Assembly (NCBI GenBank): GCA_047495785.1
Contig: JBLDXI010000029.1
Coordinates: 1,178,001-1,242,000, forward strand
DNA: 64,000 bases
Reading direction: 5' to 3'
Source of the DNA: Lepidodermella squamata
Taxonomy: Eukaryota > Animalia > Gastrotricha
Shown: positions 33,833 to 44,286 of the stretch, piece after piece
How the letters are laid out: each line of letters opens with the position of its first letter
Position numbering within the stretch: position 1 is the first letter of the stretch
Notes under the pieces: generated by a model
The model's database searches: none
What the model saw: the letters and a program-made list of their open reading frames with translations, nothing else
Told to the model about the DNA's origin: nothing
Made by a program: the position numbers and the translations under genes

Positions 33833-36241
33833 TTAAGGATTAAAATGTTTTCTCACATTTGAGATGACAGGTAACATCCACGTTAAAGTAACTGAAGCTG
33901 CTGATACAAGAGCGCCCGATGCTAAAATGACCTGAACATCAGGGCCCGTGATGAATTCTTTACCGACGATGATAGCAAGTATCAACCCAAAAGCAATCAG
34001 AAGAGCGATCATATTGGCTATTGAAAAGCTTACGAATGTGAACTCTTTTGGGTGGCCAGATTCTACAGCTTTCAGGCGTTGTTTCAGTTGGAAACACAAG
34101 TAAGCTGTTGCTAGCAATATGATCAGATGAATGACGAAAAAGATCAAAGGAAAAATGGCGGCAGGTTTGAAAACGGTCGACAAACACTGGTAGGAGAATG
34201 TTTCTGTCTCTGTATCGATTTGCGGATCGTAAAACACGCGAGCTGATTGCCTCAGAGAACAGGTCTGAGGGTGCATAGCAAACCAAATAGCCAGAATGGT
34301 AAAATTTACCACAAAGAACACAGCGCAGCCTGCTATATTTGTTTTCCTGTTGCTTCTGCTCACATTTTCTGTTCGAGTCGACGAAGCGCCAGTTGGTATT
34401 TTAAAGCTTGACATAGTAGATTGAGGCTTCTTTTTGCTGGGTTTACCTTTATCTGAAAAAACAGCTTTACTTGCGTTCGATGAAGATGTATTGAAAAGTT
34501 TGCTGCCTGCTCGGGAAGGTGAAACAGAGTATGGGACAAAATACCATTTCGACCTCATTGCTGAAATGCCGTTGACTAGCGAAAATCCGATGATCAAACA
34601 AGCAATGCCCGCTTGCCAAAGCTTTTGCCTATAATCTTCAGATTCTGAGACGAGAATCACGGATGCAATGAGCAAAAGAAGACTCCCAAGTAGACCAATG
34701 ATCTTGACCCGCGGAACATCGCTGAAATCTCGTTTACGAGCTATCCATAGCATAACAACTGAAACTACATTCACAGTTCCGAACAAAGATGCGAAAAGCC
34801 AGATAGCTATAGAAATGCTGAGGGAGACTTTCACGATAACCAGCTGTGTCTTTGGCCTATCTTTCGGGGGAGCTCCCTTAATCCATTCGATTCCCCTCAA
34901 TTTACGAACCTCGTAACTTTCGTAGACAAACGCCTGGGTATCAGGCAGTTGATAGACCTGGACGACGTATTGATCCTTAGCTTGCGGGGTCCACTGCACG
35001 ATTCCTTGAATATCTTGAGAAATTAAACCCGTCGTTTTGTTGAATGACATTCGACCGGGTGGAATTCGCAGACCGTAGCGATCTACCGATAGCATCGACT
35101 CATTAGCCAGTTTTCCTATCAGTTCCGGGTTTTCGGAGTACTCAGACAGGGTCGAGTTATGTTTCGTCCTCAGGGTCATTTCCAGGTCGCGGAGAGCAAA
35201 AAGACCCATCAGCGCGTTGTCGTGGAAAAGGTACCGGAAACCGTAATTGCCAGCTCGAACAGTCTTGTTTTTAGTCCTGATCTGATATTGGTCCAACATA
35301 GCATCAAATTCAGGCTGATTATAACCCCATTCTGCTCTCACAGTTGGATCGTCGAAGCGATACATTGGTCCCGCGAAAAAAGTTTGCTTCATCTGCTCAA
35401 TCAACATTTCCCTCGTACATCCAGGCATTATGATTGCTGGCTGAGTTGTGGGATCGACAAATGCTGAATTGCTAGCCATGAAGACGTATCTTTCGCCCGT
35501 CAGGCCAGCGGCATAACTCATGCAGAGTAGTTTCTTCACCAGATCATTTATCGCTGCTACTAAGACGATAACTCTGGCTTCAGATTTGACTATAGCGTCG
35601 ATCACATCTGAATCAATATTACTGACACTGGTGAAGAGAGGAACCTCGAAGCCATTCGAGAGGGCGATCTTGTGGGTTAGCATGGCTACTCCAATGTCAT
35701 TTGTATTGTCAGAATTCGCGATGAGAGCAAAACGCTTCCATCCTCCGATTTTTCCAATAGCAGTCAGGATAGTGTAAGCGAAAACTTGACCAGTCCGAAG
35801 GTTCAAGTAAAGATTCTTGGATTTCCAACGATCAATTAGGCCTGGCGCAGTGCATGTAGGTGACATGGAAACTGCTTGGAGGTGATGCAATACCGGTCCG
35901 AGACTCGTGCAGCCAGTTGAGGTGACTGGTCCCAGAGAGATTGGCGCTTTTGCGACATTGCCAGCTTCTTCTTGCCGTTTGAATTCGACGACGCGTCGAA
36001 CTGATTGACGACCAAAATCTTCCTCGGCATGGCGTATTTCTAGAGTATAGCCTGGAATCAGGTTCTTCTGATTTGCCATTTCGACAAGAAAGTTGATTAG
36101 ATCTTGCACAAAAGCCGCGCTTTGATCCTGCACGTTGAGCGTGATGAGATTGAGGATAACAAGCCGCTTCTGTTGGCAATTTGCGGTGGAGAATATCAAA
36201 ATAATTCCGAAGAAAATACTCGAAAACAGATCAGACCTCAT
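33833..36241 (-). CDS. Intronless class C GPCR (GABA-B-like: Venus flytrap plus 7TM, no Cys-rich domain), copy A
   Basis: Signal peptide from ATG 36241 (MRSDLFSSIFFG...), NLIPGYTLEIRH, SLGPVTSTGC, GWKRFALI, EARVIVL, KLLCMSY..GLTGERYVF, seven hydrophobic segments; TATAAA upstream. Confidence 0.85.
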   Translation of the reverse strand: MRSDLFSSIFFGIILIFSTANCQQKRLVILNLITLNVQDQSAAFVQDLINFLVEMANQKNLIPGYTLEIRHAEEDFGRQSVRRVVEFKRQEEAGNVAKAPISLGPVTSTGCTSLGPVLHHLQAVSMSPTCTAPGLIDRWKSKNLYLNLRTGQVFAYTILTAIGKIGGWKRFALIANSDNTNDIGVAMLTHKIALSNGFEVPLFTSVSNIDSDVIDAIVKSEARVIVLVAAINDLVKKLLCMSYAAGLTGERYVFMASNSAFVDPTTQPAIIMPGCTREMLIEQMKQTFFAGPMYRFDDPTVRAEWGYNQPEFDAMLDQYQIRTKNKTVRAGNYGFRYLFHDNALMGLFALRDLEMTLRTKHNSTLSEYSENPELIGKLANESMLSVDRYGLRIPPGRMSFNKTTGLISQDIQGIVQWTPQAKDQYVVQVYQLPDTQAFVYESYEVRKLRGIEWIKGAPPKDRPKTQLVIVKVSLSISIAIWLFASLFGTVNVVSVVMLWIARKRDFSDVPRVKIIGLLGSLLLLIASVILVSESEDYRQKLWQAGIACLIIGFSLVNGISAMRSKWYFVPYSVSPSRAGSKLFNTSSSNASKAVFSDKGKPSKKKPQSTMSSFKIPTGASSTRTENVSRSNRKTNIAGCAVFFVVNFTILAIWFAMHPQTCSLRQSARVFYDPQIDTETETFSYQCLSTVFKPAAIFPLIFFVIHLIILLATAYLCFQLKQRLKAVESGHPKEFTFVSFSIANMIALLIAFGLILAIIVGKEFITGPDVQVILASGALVSAASVTLTWMLPVISNVRKHFNP

Positions 36242-36783
36242 CTTGTTTCGATTGAACAACTACTAAAAGACGAATAACTGAATAAAGAGTGTATACCACC
36301 TTTATAAAGAATGCGTACCCCTCATCACGCATCACTTTATGTTTCAGCTTTCAGTCTTTAAAGGAAGTTCCGACATAACAAACGAATTTCCGAATACTTC
36401 AAGAGCACATGACCAGATTACTCAGAATATGTCCCTTAAACTCCTCGTTGTCTGAAAGCGTGTTCTGTACGTGCGTGCGTGCGCGCGTAGGTCAATGAGT
36501 TGATGCAGGAAGTGTTAAAAACCAGCCAAGCTTAAGGATGTGACGTGCAGCAATGTACGCGGCGAAAAGTGGGGTTCACCGCTTAAATCGAAATGAAAAT
36601 TCGGTAAAATTGTATCAAGATTTACAAGCTGCTTCATGTGCGAAATGTTCACAGTGCAACAAAGCAACAAACGATATGAGAATCGCAGACTTCACGCTCC
36701 ATCGTCGAAACCTTTCAAGGAAGGGAGCGTTTTGTTCATCCATAGTTTGAGTAGGAAAAAAGATTGTAGAATCCTGCAGAGAT

Positions 36784-37370
36784 TTATTTATTTATTTATT
36801 TGTGAGCCATTCATCCATAGTGAGTTGGAAAGCTCAGCTGTAAAAAGAAAGTAGGGATTAAGTAAATTGCAAAACTACACTACAGGAAGGCGTGTTTTAG
36901 GACAGGTAGAAAACAAAAAAGGACAGAAGCATGCATGCAAAATCATGGCAACAACATGCGACGGTTTCATCAATCGTTATAAAAATATATAAAAGAGGCA
37001 ATTTCATTTTTCGATAGCAGGTTTAGTGGTGAGCTCGGTAGTAGGCTCGGCAGTGGTTTTACTTTGTTGTTGGACGAGATTTTCGTAGACCAACTGCCTG
37101 CACTGATCGGCGGTGGATGCTGCTCGAATCTCGTCTGGAAAACTGTTCAACGGCAACGTTCCATTGTTCTCGATTTTGTTTTTGGTGGTTGCAGGATGTT
37201 GGTCAAGCCATTTAAGGCTGATTGTTTTCGAGTAGGAGCCGTTGGTTCACGTCCATTAAAGAAGGCAGTTAGGGCATCCGGAGCTTCTCCATTCATGCAT
37301 CGCCATATCAAAGTGGCCCAGAGAAACTCGCCACTTCGGAATCACGAGCTAAAACTGTCACCAATGCTAC
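36784..37370 (-). mobile_element. 5'-truncated, decayed LINE 3' end (CR1/L2-like ORF2 tail) with (TAAA)n tail
   Basis: Minus-strand translation LIWRCMNGEAPDAL...LQPPKTKSRTMER / LNSFPDEIRAAST resembles CR1/L2 ORF2 C-termini. Ends in ...ggctcacAAATAAATAAATAAAT. Confidence 0.55.
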
Positions 37371-37780
37371 AGGAGAGGTAACTCGCTCTTTTTTAAACGG
37401 CGTTGTCCGTTTCCGCGTAGGATTCGTACTTTTTGCGGCACAGTATAACTTAACACTTTGCGAAACCTGGCGCCCCGAGTTCGAATCTCTGTCGTCTCCA
37501 CATTTTCTCGGATTTCCAAATTATATTTTCCACAATTAACCTGGTTAATCTGATCTCATCTGTGATCTCATCTGATCTCATGGCACGAATTTGCGCTTAT
37601 CTGCTGAATCACTTATAAATACTCGCTTTTCCAGTCTGAAGAAATTTCATTCGTAATGAATATCGTGAATGGAAATAACTTGAGACTTCAGAATTTCGGT
37701 TTTATTGCCAAATTGTGAGATTGCATTCAAATATAAAGTATAGATGAGGTTTTGTGATCCGCACTGTTCACCATGCGCTT

Positions 37781-39567
37781 TCATCGCAAGATCAACGAAT
37801 CTAATCCGTAAAACAGAGTAGAAGCTTTCGCCAGGTATAAACCGATATTGGTATACTCCTGCCTCGTCTCATTTGCACCGCAATCCCTCAGGTATTCCAC
37901 GACCATATTATGCCCACGCTCCAACGCCAGAACTAACGGTGTCTTCAGCTGACTATCTCTAGCTTCGATGTTCGCTTTCTTACAAGAAGCCAAGTAATCA
38001 ACCATTGCCAGCTGTCCGTAACTGGCTGCTACGGCAAGCGGGGTCCTCCCATAACCATCGGTCATTTCAATCTGTTCTGGCCACCGATCGAGAAGGAATT
38101 GAACTGATTTCGCCTTGCCTAGGGCGACAGCATAGTGCAGCGCTAAAGATCCATCTTCCTTACTCTTAAACTGCATGTCAGCACCGCTTTTCGATAAGAA
38201 ATCAATTATTTCAGTGAAATCATTCGCAGCAGCCATCATTAATGGACTCATCCCGCGTTGCCCACCGATATTAACCGTCGCCTGATATTGCTTAACCAGC
38301 AATTGAACTATATCGGTCCGGCCGTATAAAGCCGCTCGGTGTAACGGTGTGTCCTGCAGAGCAGTTCGGGAAGCAACGAGAATGGGCTTCCTTCTCAGCA
38401 GAAGTGACGCAAGTTGGAAATCACCCTGTTGAGCAGCTAGATGAATCGCCTTAAATCTCTGCTCACCCTCATCCACTGCATCAATATTCGCGCCACGATC
38501 CAACAGGAACTCGGCCACCTTCACATGACCCCGATAGCTTGCAGCTAACAGGGCTGTTCTACCAATCGAGCCTCGAGTTTCCAAGTTAGCCGCGCACTTC
38601 TCCACCAGAAATTTAACCATCTCGAAGTGGCCGTTGTAAGCAGCAATGTGAAGCAATGTGTCGTTCTTCGTGTCTCTTAGGGTCCTTTCCAAATTCGGTT
38701 TCGCTGTCTGGACTAGGTACTTGACAATTGGAACGTGATTGTTCATCGTTGCGTAATAAGCTGCCATTACGATTGACTTGTCACGCTTCTCCTCGTCTTC
38801 TTCCTTGACTACCCGTTCGGCTAGATATTGGACTATATCGAGATGGCCATTCAACGCTGCGTCCATCATTGGCGTTCGCTCCATTTGCCCGGCATTATAG
38901 ATATTCGCATTGCGCTTGAGAACCAAATGGCGAACAATACCTATATTGCCGCAAAATGCAGCTCGATTTAGCGCTGTTTCATTTGTTTTCTTGTGCCTCG
39001 CATCAACAATACGAGGTTTCAGCTCGATGAGTTTCTTCAACGCTTCTTTTTGATTCATCTCCGCTGCGACATGAATCGCCATCGATCCAAGCTCGTCGGG
39101 TTCTAACACGTCAGACAGCAGGTCGTTGACCAGGTACTCAATAACTGCAACATGGCCTCGTGAAGCTGCGCTGATTAGTGGGGTGGCCTTCTGCTTGAGA
39201 AGTGGCGTTCTTCGTAAGCCATCGGTCAATGGTTCCATTATGATGTTAATGTAGTTGGTGTAAGGGTGCAATTTAGCTTGCACTTCTCTGACCACGTTCT
39301 TCAGAGCAGTGACGTCGCCCTTGTACGCTGCTTCGTGAAAACGGTCCAGAAATGTCTCGACCTGAAATGACCTTTTGTCGAGTATGATCTAATTAGCTGT
39401 GACCTACTTACAATTATTCTATGGGATTCATCAAGCTTCTTGGAGGAATGACCCGTCGATTTGAGCTTTGCGACGATTTCTTTTATCGATCGCAGCTTGT
39501 TTTTGCGGTCCGCTGCTGAACCTGACGTTGATTTGCTGACATTGATTGCAGCTAGATTGGACGACAT
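37781..39567 (-). CDS. Ankyrin-repeat protein (about 13 repeats); 2 exons, intron 39411-39362
   Basis: ATG at 39567 (MSSNLAA...). A 50-nt GTAAGT..TTTCAG intron joins HRII to VETFLDRFHEAAYKG, continuing into the 504-aa ORF with repeated TPLH.AA..GH...V..L units. Confidence 0.9.
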
Positions 39568-40094
39568 GGCATTAGCCGTTAAATGGTCGAGTGTGAATGT
39601 TGCTATTAAAAAAGTGAGCTTACTCAACACAACGAAACGTAATGAAGTTTGAGCGGCGAATATTAGGCTATATCAACATACTCCATCTAGATGAAAGGCG
39701 ATCTATGCGTTTAGCCTGCTCACAATAGAATGAGTGAGACTAAACTCACTCGTGTATGACGTTGTTTTACAAATTAGTGCGTTTTCCACGCATGTTCAAC
39801 CTAGAAACGTGGAGTTCGTGGAATAGATAAGAAACACGCATTCATGCCATTAAGGATGCTAATAGGTGCACATAATATTGGACTTCCTTTCTGTTATATT
39901 GACCAATGAGTATTGATTAGCGCCTTGAGGCATATCCTGTTCATTAAATACCTGGCGCGGTCTCATAAGTTGAGCCCTGTGTGACAACTCATACACGATG
40001 AAGTCTCAACTTTCACCTACTAGGTCGAAGCGAACCAATGCCCAGGTGGATGCCACTAAGCCATCCACTCATCGAGTGACGTCGTAGGTTCGCA

Positions 40095-40250
40095 TTATTC
40101 TTGAGCAGCACCAGTTTCGATGGCGACGCTTAATGTTCGAGGCTGAGTAACTGCCGCTGGCTTTGCGATTTTTGCAGCCCTTATTGAACTTCTAGTTGAA
40201 CTTGTTGCCGTATCGCATGTTCTTCTTGTTGTAGCCGCTGCGTTCGACTC
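40095..40250 (-). pseudogene. Decayed copy of the 3' end of the basic secreted protein gene (about 30465-30615)
   Basis: ttgagcagcaccagtttcgatggcgacgct...ctgccgctggctttgcgatttttgc...ttcttcttgttgtagccgctg is shared, with indels. Confidence 0.85.
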
Positions 40251-40319
40251 ATTGACTAGAAGCCAGTATTGGAGAAATATTCTCACGCCTTTTCTACATT
40301 CTTCCCGATTTTTATTAGT

Positions 40320-40575
40320 TCTCACCCGAAATAAGAAGCATGAAAGCTGCAATGACGCCTCAAACTGAACACAAGGCAATTAATCCAAATAAGCATAGGA
40401 TTAAGAAAAAAGTCCTCGAAGCCGTTGGCAGTTCTTGGAAGTCGAGTTGTGGCAACTGCAGTTCAGACGTCGGGTAAGGATGTGGCACTGTGGAGGAAAT
40501 GTCGTCAATTCGTATGTTTGATGGCTCAGGTAGTGGTCGATATCGATTCGAAGCAGGGCTGCAATGTACTAAATC
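40320..40575 (-). pseudogene. Decayed copy of the last exon of the SLC36-like transporter (about 47637-47910)
   Basis: SPASNRYRPLPEPSNIRIDDISSTVPHPY...LPQLDFQELPTASRTF versus SPASKRYRPRPEPSNLRIEDISAPMPHPY...LPQLDLQEPPTASRTF. Confidence 0.85.
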
Positions 40576-41140
40576 GTTGTCTATGGCTGAAAAATCCATG
40601 ATTTTTTCTGGGGCACTGTTTACTACTTTTGCTAGTTAGCCTACCGACTTTGCTGTCTCATTAACCTGCGAAATTGGTGCAAAAAAGACACCCCATTCCG
40701 GGATCCTAGACAGCTGATATTTGAGGCGTCACGAAATGAATTGTCTTTCGAAGAATGAATGCTCGAAATGTCGGCTACTTTAGTCTACTTTGAGGGCATG
40801 TCGGAGACGCAGCACGATGGGGGAAACTGGCGAACAAGAAAATAGGAAGGCCATAAATCCAGGCGGGTTTGCTGTATTCTGTAATCTGAAGCCTCCTCCC
40901 TTTGTCCACCCAAGGCTTGTCTGCAAAAAAGGAAGATGTTGTGCGAGCTCGGAGTGCGCTGCGTTCAAGGTCAAGTCTGTCGGGATTTGGACAGACATTC
41001 AACACGACAACTTGAAGGAAAAAATACAACCACTGCGTGCTTGCTGCTTCCTGATTTTTCGAACTTAACATTAGTGGAGTACGGTATAAATGCATACAAA
41101 TCGAAGACAAAAACTCGCTGCTATACATACTTTGAAAGAA

Positions 41141-43435
41141 ATGAAACCGATCTCATTAACCGTTATCGGACTGCTTCTCGCTTTAGTAGAGTTTGGAGAC
41201 TCTGCAAAACCGTTCCGGCTTAGAATGCTGTCCGTCCTACCATTTGTCTCGGGCATTCCAGGCGTAGAATTTAACCGATGTTCTCAGGCGCAGGACCTGG
41301 CTGTTGAGTTGGTCAACAACAGAAGCGACATCTTGCCAGACTACCTCATTGAACTGGACCATCGTGATGAAATAGCGAATACCGCCGGGTCAGCTATGCA
41401 AGGTGTTCGATTCTTTTGGGACTCGAGCGCATCCCCAGACGTCATCCCGTCACCTGTAGCATTGGGACCAATCTTCCCAGCAGGATGTAAAACTTTGGGA
41501 TCCGTCGCGAGCTTTATCGATATGGTTGTCATAGCAACTTCTTGCCCAACTCCAAGTCTCACTCAAAGGCGTGACTTGTTTCCTAACTTGTACCGCGTCC
41601 GGGCATCAGCAGAAATCGCTCTACTTTCCCGCATTCAGTTCTTGAACAAGTTCACCAATATTCGAAAAATCGCAGTCATCACAGTTCTGAACGGAAATAG
41701 TTTCAACACCGAGTCTGCAATCTACCTCCACAGTGCTTTGGTGCGAACCGGCTTTGACGTACTGAAATTCGAGGCGGTGACAGAGTTCACTGATGACTTC
41801 ATTCAAACGTTGAAAGATGCCGATATTCGTGTGTTTTCAATGGACGCCGGTGATTGGCGCTCTATCACCATCTTCCTATGCCAGCTCTACAAATTCGGCA
41901 TGAAAGGGGAGAGATATTTGTTCTTCATTGCTAACATTGCCTATGCTGACCCATACGGTATCGCAGTCTACCCGCCTGGCTGTACGAGGGACGTCTACAT
42001 GGAACAACTCACCAGAACTATAGTCACTGGCCCAGCGGATCCGCTGGTCCTACACAACAGTGGAATTGACGAAATGGGTCTGAGTTACAACGATTTTGAG
42101 CGTATTTGGACCGAAAAGACTCGAACGAAAGAATACGGCGACATTTACCGCCACTTGTGCTACGATGTTGCGATGACTGCAGTGAGAACACTTGAGGCTA
42201 CGGAGCACAGACTCAAATCTTTTAACAAGACACTAAGAGACTATAAACATGAAAGCTCCTTAATAGGATCTGTTGCTAACAAAAGCGTAACCGACGTTGC
42301 ATTCAAAAACATGAGAACAGGACAGTTTTACTACTCGAAGCGAATGGAATGGGACGGCGAACCACAAACCCTAACAAGTTACCAAATCGGTGTGGGTCAA
42401 ATTGTAAGATACGTAGTAACATTGAAGGAGAACGCGACTAATCTGTTTGACTCAAATGCTTTCGTCATAACAGCAAAAAAGCCATTCCCGATTAGTTTCA
42501 TACCAAAAGATTCGGCTGATGAAATCGAAGTGATCGCCGGGAATTCGGTTGATGGATTCACCATCCTTCTCATTTTATCGGTCTTACACGTTATGGCTTT
42601 GGGATTATTCCTCGTGCGTAGAATTCTAAAATATCCGAACTCTTTCAAGAAGCTCATTAGGGAAGATGCGGCATTCCTTATCAGCTTTGTTCTACTTGAT
42701 GCGGCTTCTGCCCTGGTTTCAACGAATGCTGCGATGAAGTCAACGAATGTATGCGGGGCGAGCCTGTTTTTCATCGTAGTAGGGGTAACAATGCTATTTA
42801 CATCTATCAGCATTGAAGCATTCGAACTGGTAAGAGCTCTGCGACGTATTTCAAGTAGAATCAAACGGAATCGCCAGCTGCCTGAGATCCAGATAGGTCG
42901 GATGTATGCTATGATCAAAACAGCTTTCATAGTAATGATAGCAATCGGCTTCTACATCGCCTGGATGGCTATAGATCCTCCTTTTGTAAAGACAACTGTC
43001 CGAGAAAGCAAATATTTCGAGTCCGCCGATGCATACGTGATAACAATAGCCGTGACTTGCTACTCGGAATATGGTTCCGCTTGGATTGGCGCGGCTTTAG
43101 TCTACAACTTAGCCATTCTGTTGTCCGGCGTTCTGTCCGTAATGAGGTTACAGGCTAAAAAAGGCATCAAAATCTTCCCTGAAATCAGAAGAATCGCCCT
43201 GTCAATAATTGTTTGCATTTCTATATTCGTAGCTTCTATAGCTATTGGATTCATGAATTCACCAGGTGGAGTTCAGGATTTGTCTATTTCAGTCGGGCTT
43301 TTGGTGACGTCACTAGTTGTCAGTGCTATATTCTACTTTTTATCCTGGAAGCTGGCGCATTCAGTGACCGCAAATGTTGTAAATACGACAGTTCATCATT
43401 CCGTAAATTCTGCCTCAACGAATCAAACGAATTAG
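41141..43435 (+). CDS. Intronless class C GPCR (GABA-B-like), copy C
   Basis: Signal peptide MKPISLTVIGLLLALVEFG, AVELVNNRSDILPDYLIEL, RRDLFPNLYRV, DADIRVF, FLCQLYKFGMKGERYLF, CYDVA, WMAIDP...VTCYS; TATAAA at about 41085. Confidence 0.9.
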   Translation: MKPISLTVIGLLLALVEFGDSAKPFRLRMLSVLPFVSGIPGVEFNRCSQAQDLAVELVNNRSDILPDYLIELDHRDEIANTAGSAMQGVRFFWDSSASPDVIPSPVALGPIFPAGCKTLGSVASFIDMVVIATSCPTPSLTQRRDLFPNLYRVRASAEIALLSRIQFLNKFTNIRKIAVITVLNGNSFNTESAIYLHSALVRTGFDVLKFEAVTEFTDDFIQTLKDADIRVFSMDAGDWRSITIFLCQLYKFGMKGERYLFFIANIAYADPYGIAVYPPGCTRDVYMEQLTRTIVTGPADPLVLHNSGIDEMGLSYNDFERIWTEKTRTKEYGDIYRHLCYDVAMTAVRTLEATEHRLKSFNKTLRDYKHESSLIGSVANKSVTDVAFKNMRTGQFYYSKRMEWDGEPQTLTSYQIGVGQIVRYVVTLKENATNLFDSNAFVITAKKPFPISFIPKDSADEIEVIAGNSVDGFTILLILSVLHVMALGLFLVRRILKYPNSFKKLIREDAAFLISFVLLDAASALVSTNAAMKSTNVCGASLFFIVVGVTMLFTSISIEAFELVRALRRISSRIKRNRQLPEIQIGRMYAMIKTAFIVMIAIGFYIAWMAIDPPFVKTTVRESKYFESADAYVITIAVTCYSEYGSAWIGAALVYNLAILLSGVLSVMRLQAKKGIKIFPEIRRIALSIIVCISIFVASIAIGFMNSPGGVQDLSISVGLLVTSLVVSAIFYFLSWKLAHSVTANVVNTTVHHSVNSASTNQTN

Positions 43436-44286
43436 AGAGCACACGCCTAAAATGAACAAATGAAAAATGAACCAATGAATAGTTGCGTCTGTTACATTGA
43501 ATTTCTGAATTAAAAAACTTTAAAACGATGATTGGCCAAAGTTTGCATCAATGGAAAATTATCGAGGGAACGAATTCGGAATATTTGGGCGGAAACCTTT
43601 TAAAGGCAATTTTCAACTTGATTTTGTTTATTCAGAAATCTTTTGGCAGAGCCTATTTACAGTTGGCTGAACAAAGTCGAAATACGCCATGATTCACTTT
43701 TTGAATACGTCTGGAAAATTTAGGCGAAGCATGAGTTCTGAATTGAAAACTCTGTCTTATAGAGAACGTTACGTTGAATTTACTGTTGAATTTTTGGAAT
43801 TATTGCTATCAAAGAAATGTCGGAAAAGTGATTCCAGGCCTCCAGAAAATTCCAAAATGTTGTTCCAAAAATTTGGTTTCACCCTCTTTCTAAATTCGGC
43901 CACTGCGACCTAACTTCGGCCAATAGGTGGACTTTGACCCTGATCACATGACTGCAAAGTCACCCTATAATTTTTAATCGATCCTTCCCGCACCCATACT
44001 CAGCGAACCTATTCAGTAATCGTACCTTACTGCACGTCACAGGCGTTTGCTCGGCTGCTCGTACTTCCGGTACTTGGATGGGGCATTTAGATGCTTCCGA
44101 GAAATCTGGTCATGTGCTCGTTAAGCATTCCGAGAAGTGTATATTTTGTCGGAAGCCCAACTTCCTCCGAAGACTGAAAGCTAAACCACTAAGTGATGCG
44201 TGATACGGGGTAGATGCGCCTTATAAAGGTGGTAGACAGTCTTCATTCGGTAATTTTTCTTTTCAAAGTTGTTCTATCGAAACAAG

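Noticed and set aside
39295-39303. Apparent frameshift or stop splitting the ankyrin gene
   Set aside because: Resolved by a canonical 50-nt intron (39411-39362), so it is not a pseudogene or a recoding site.
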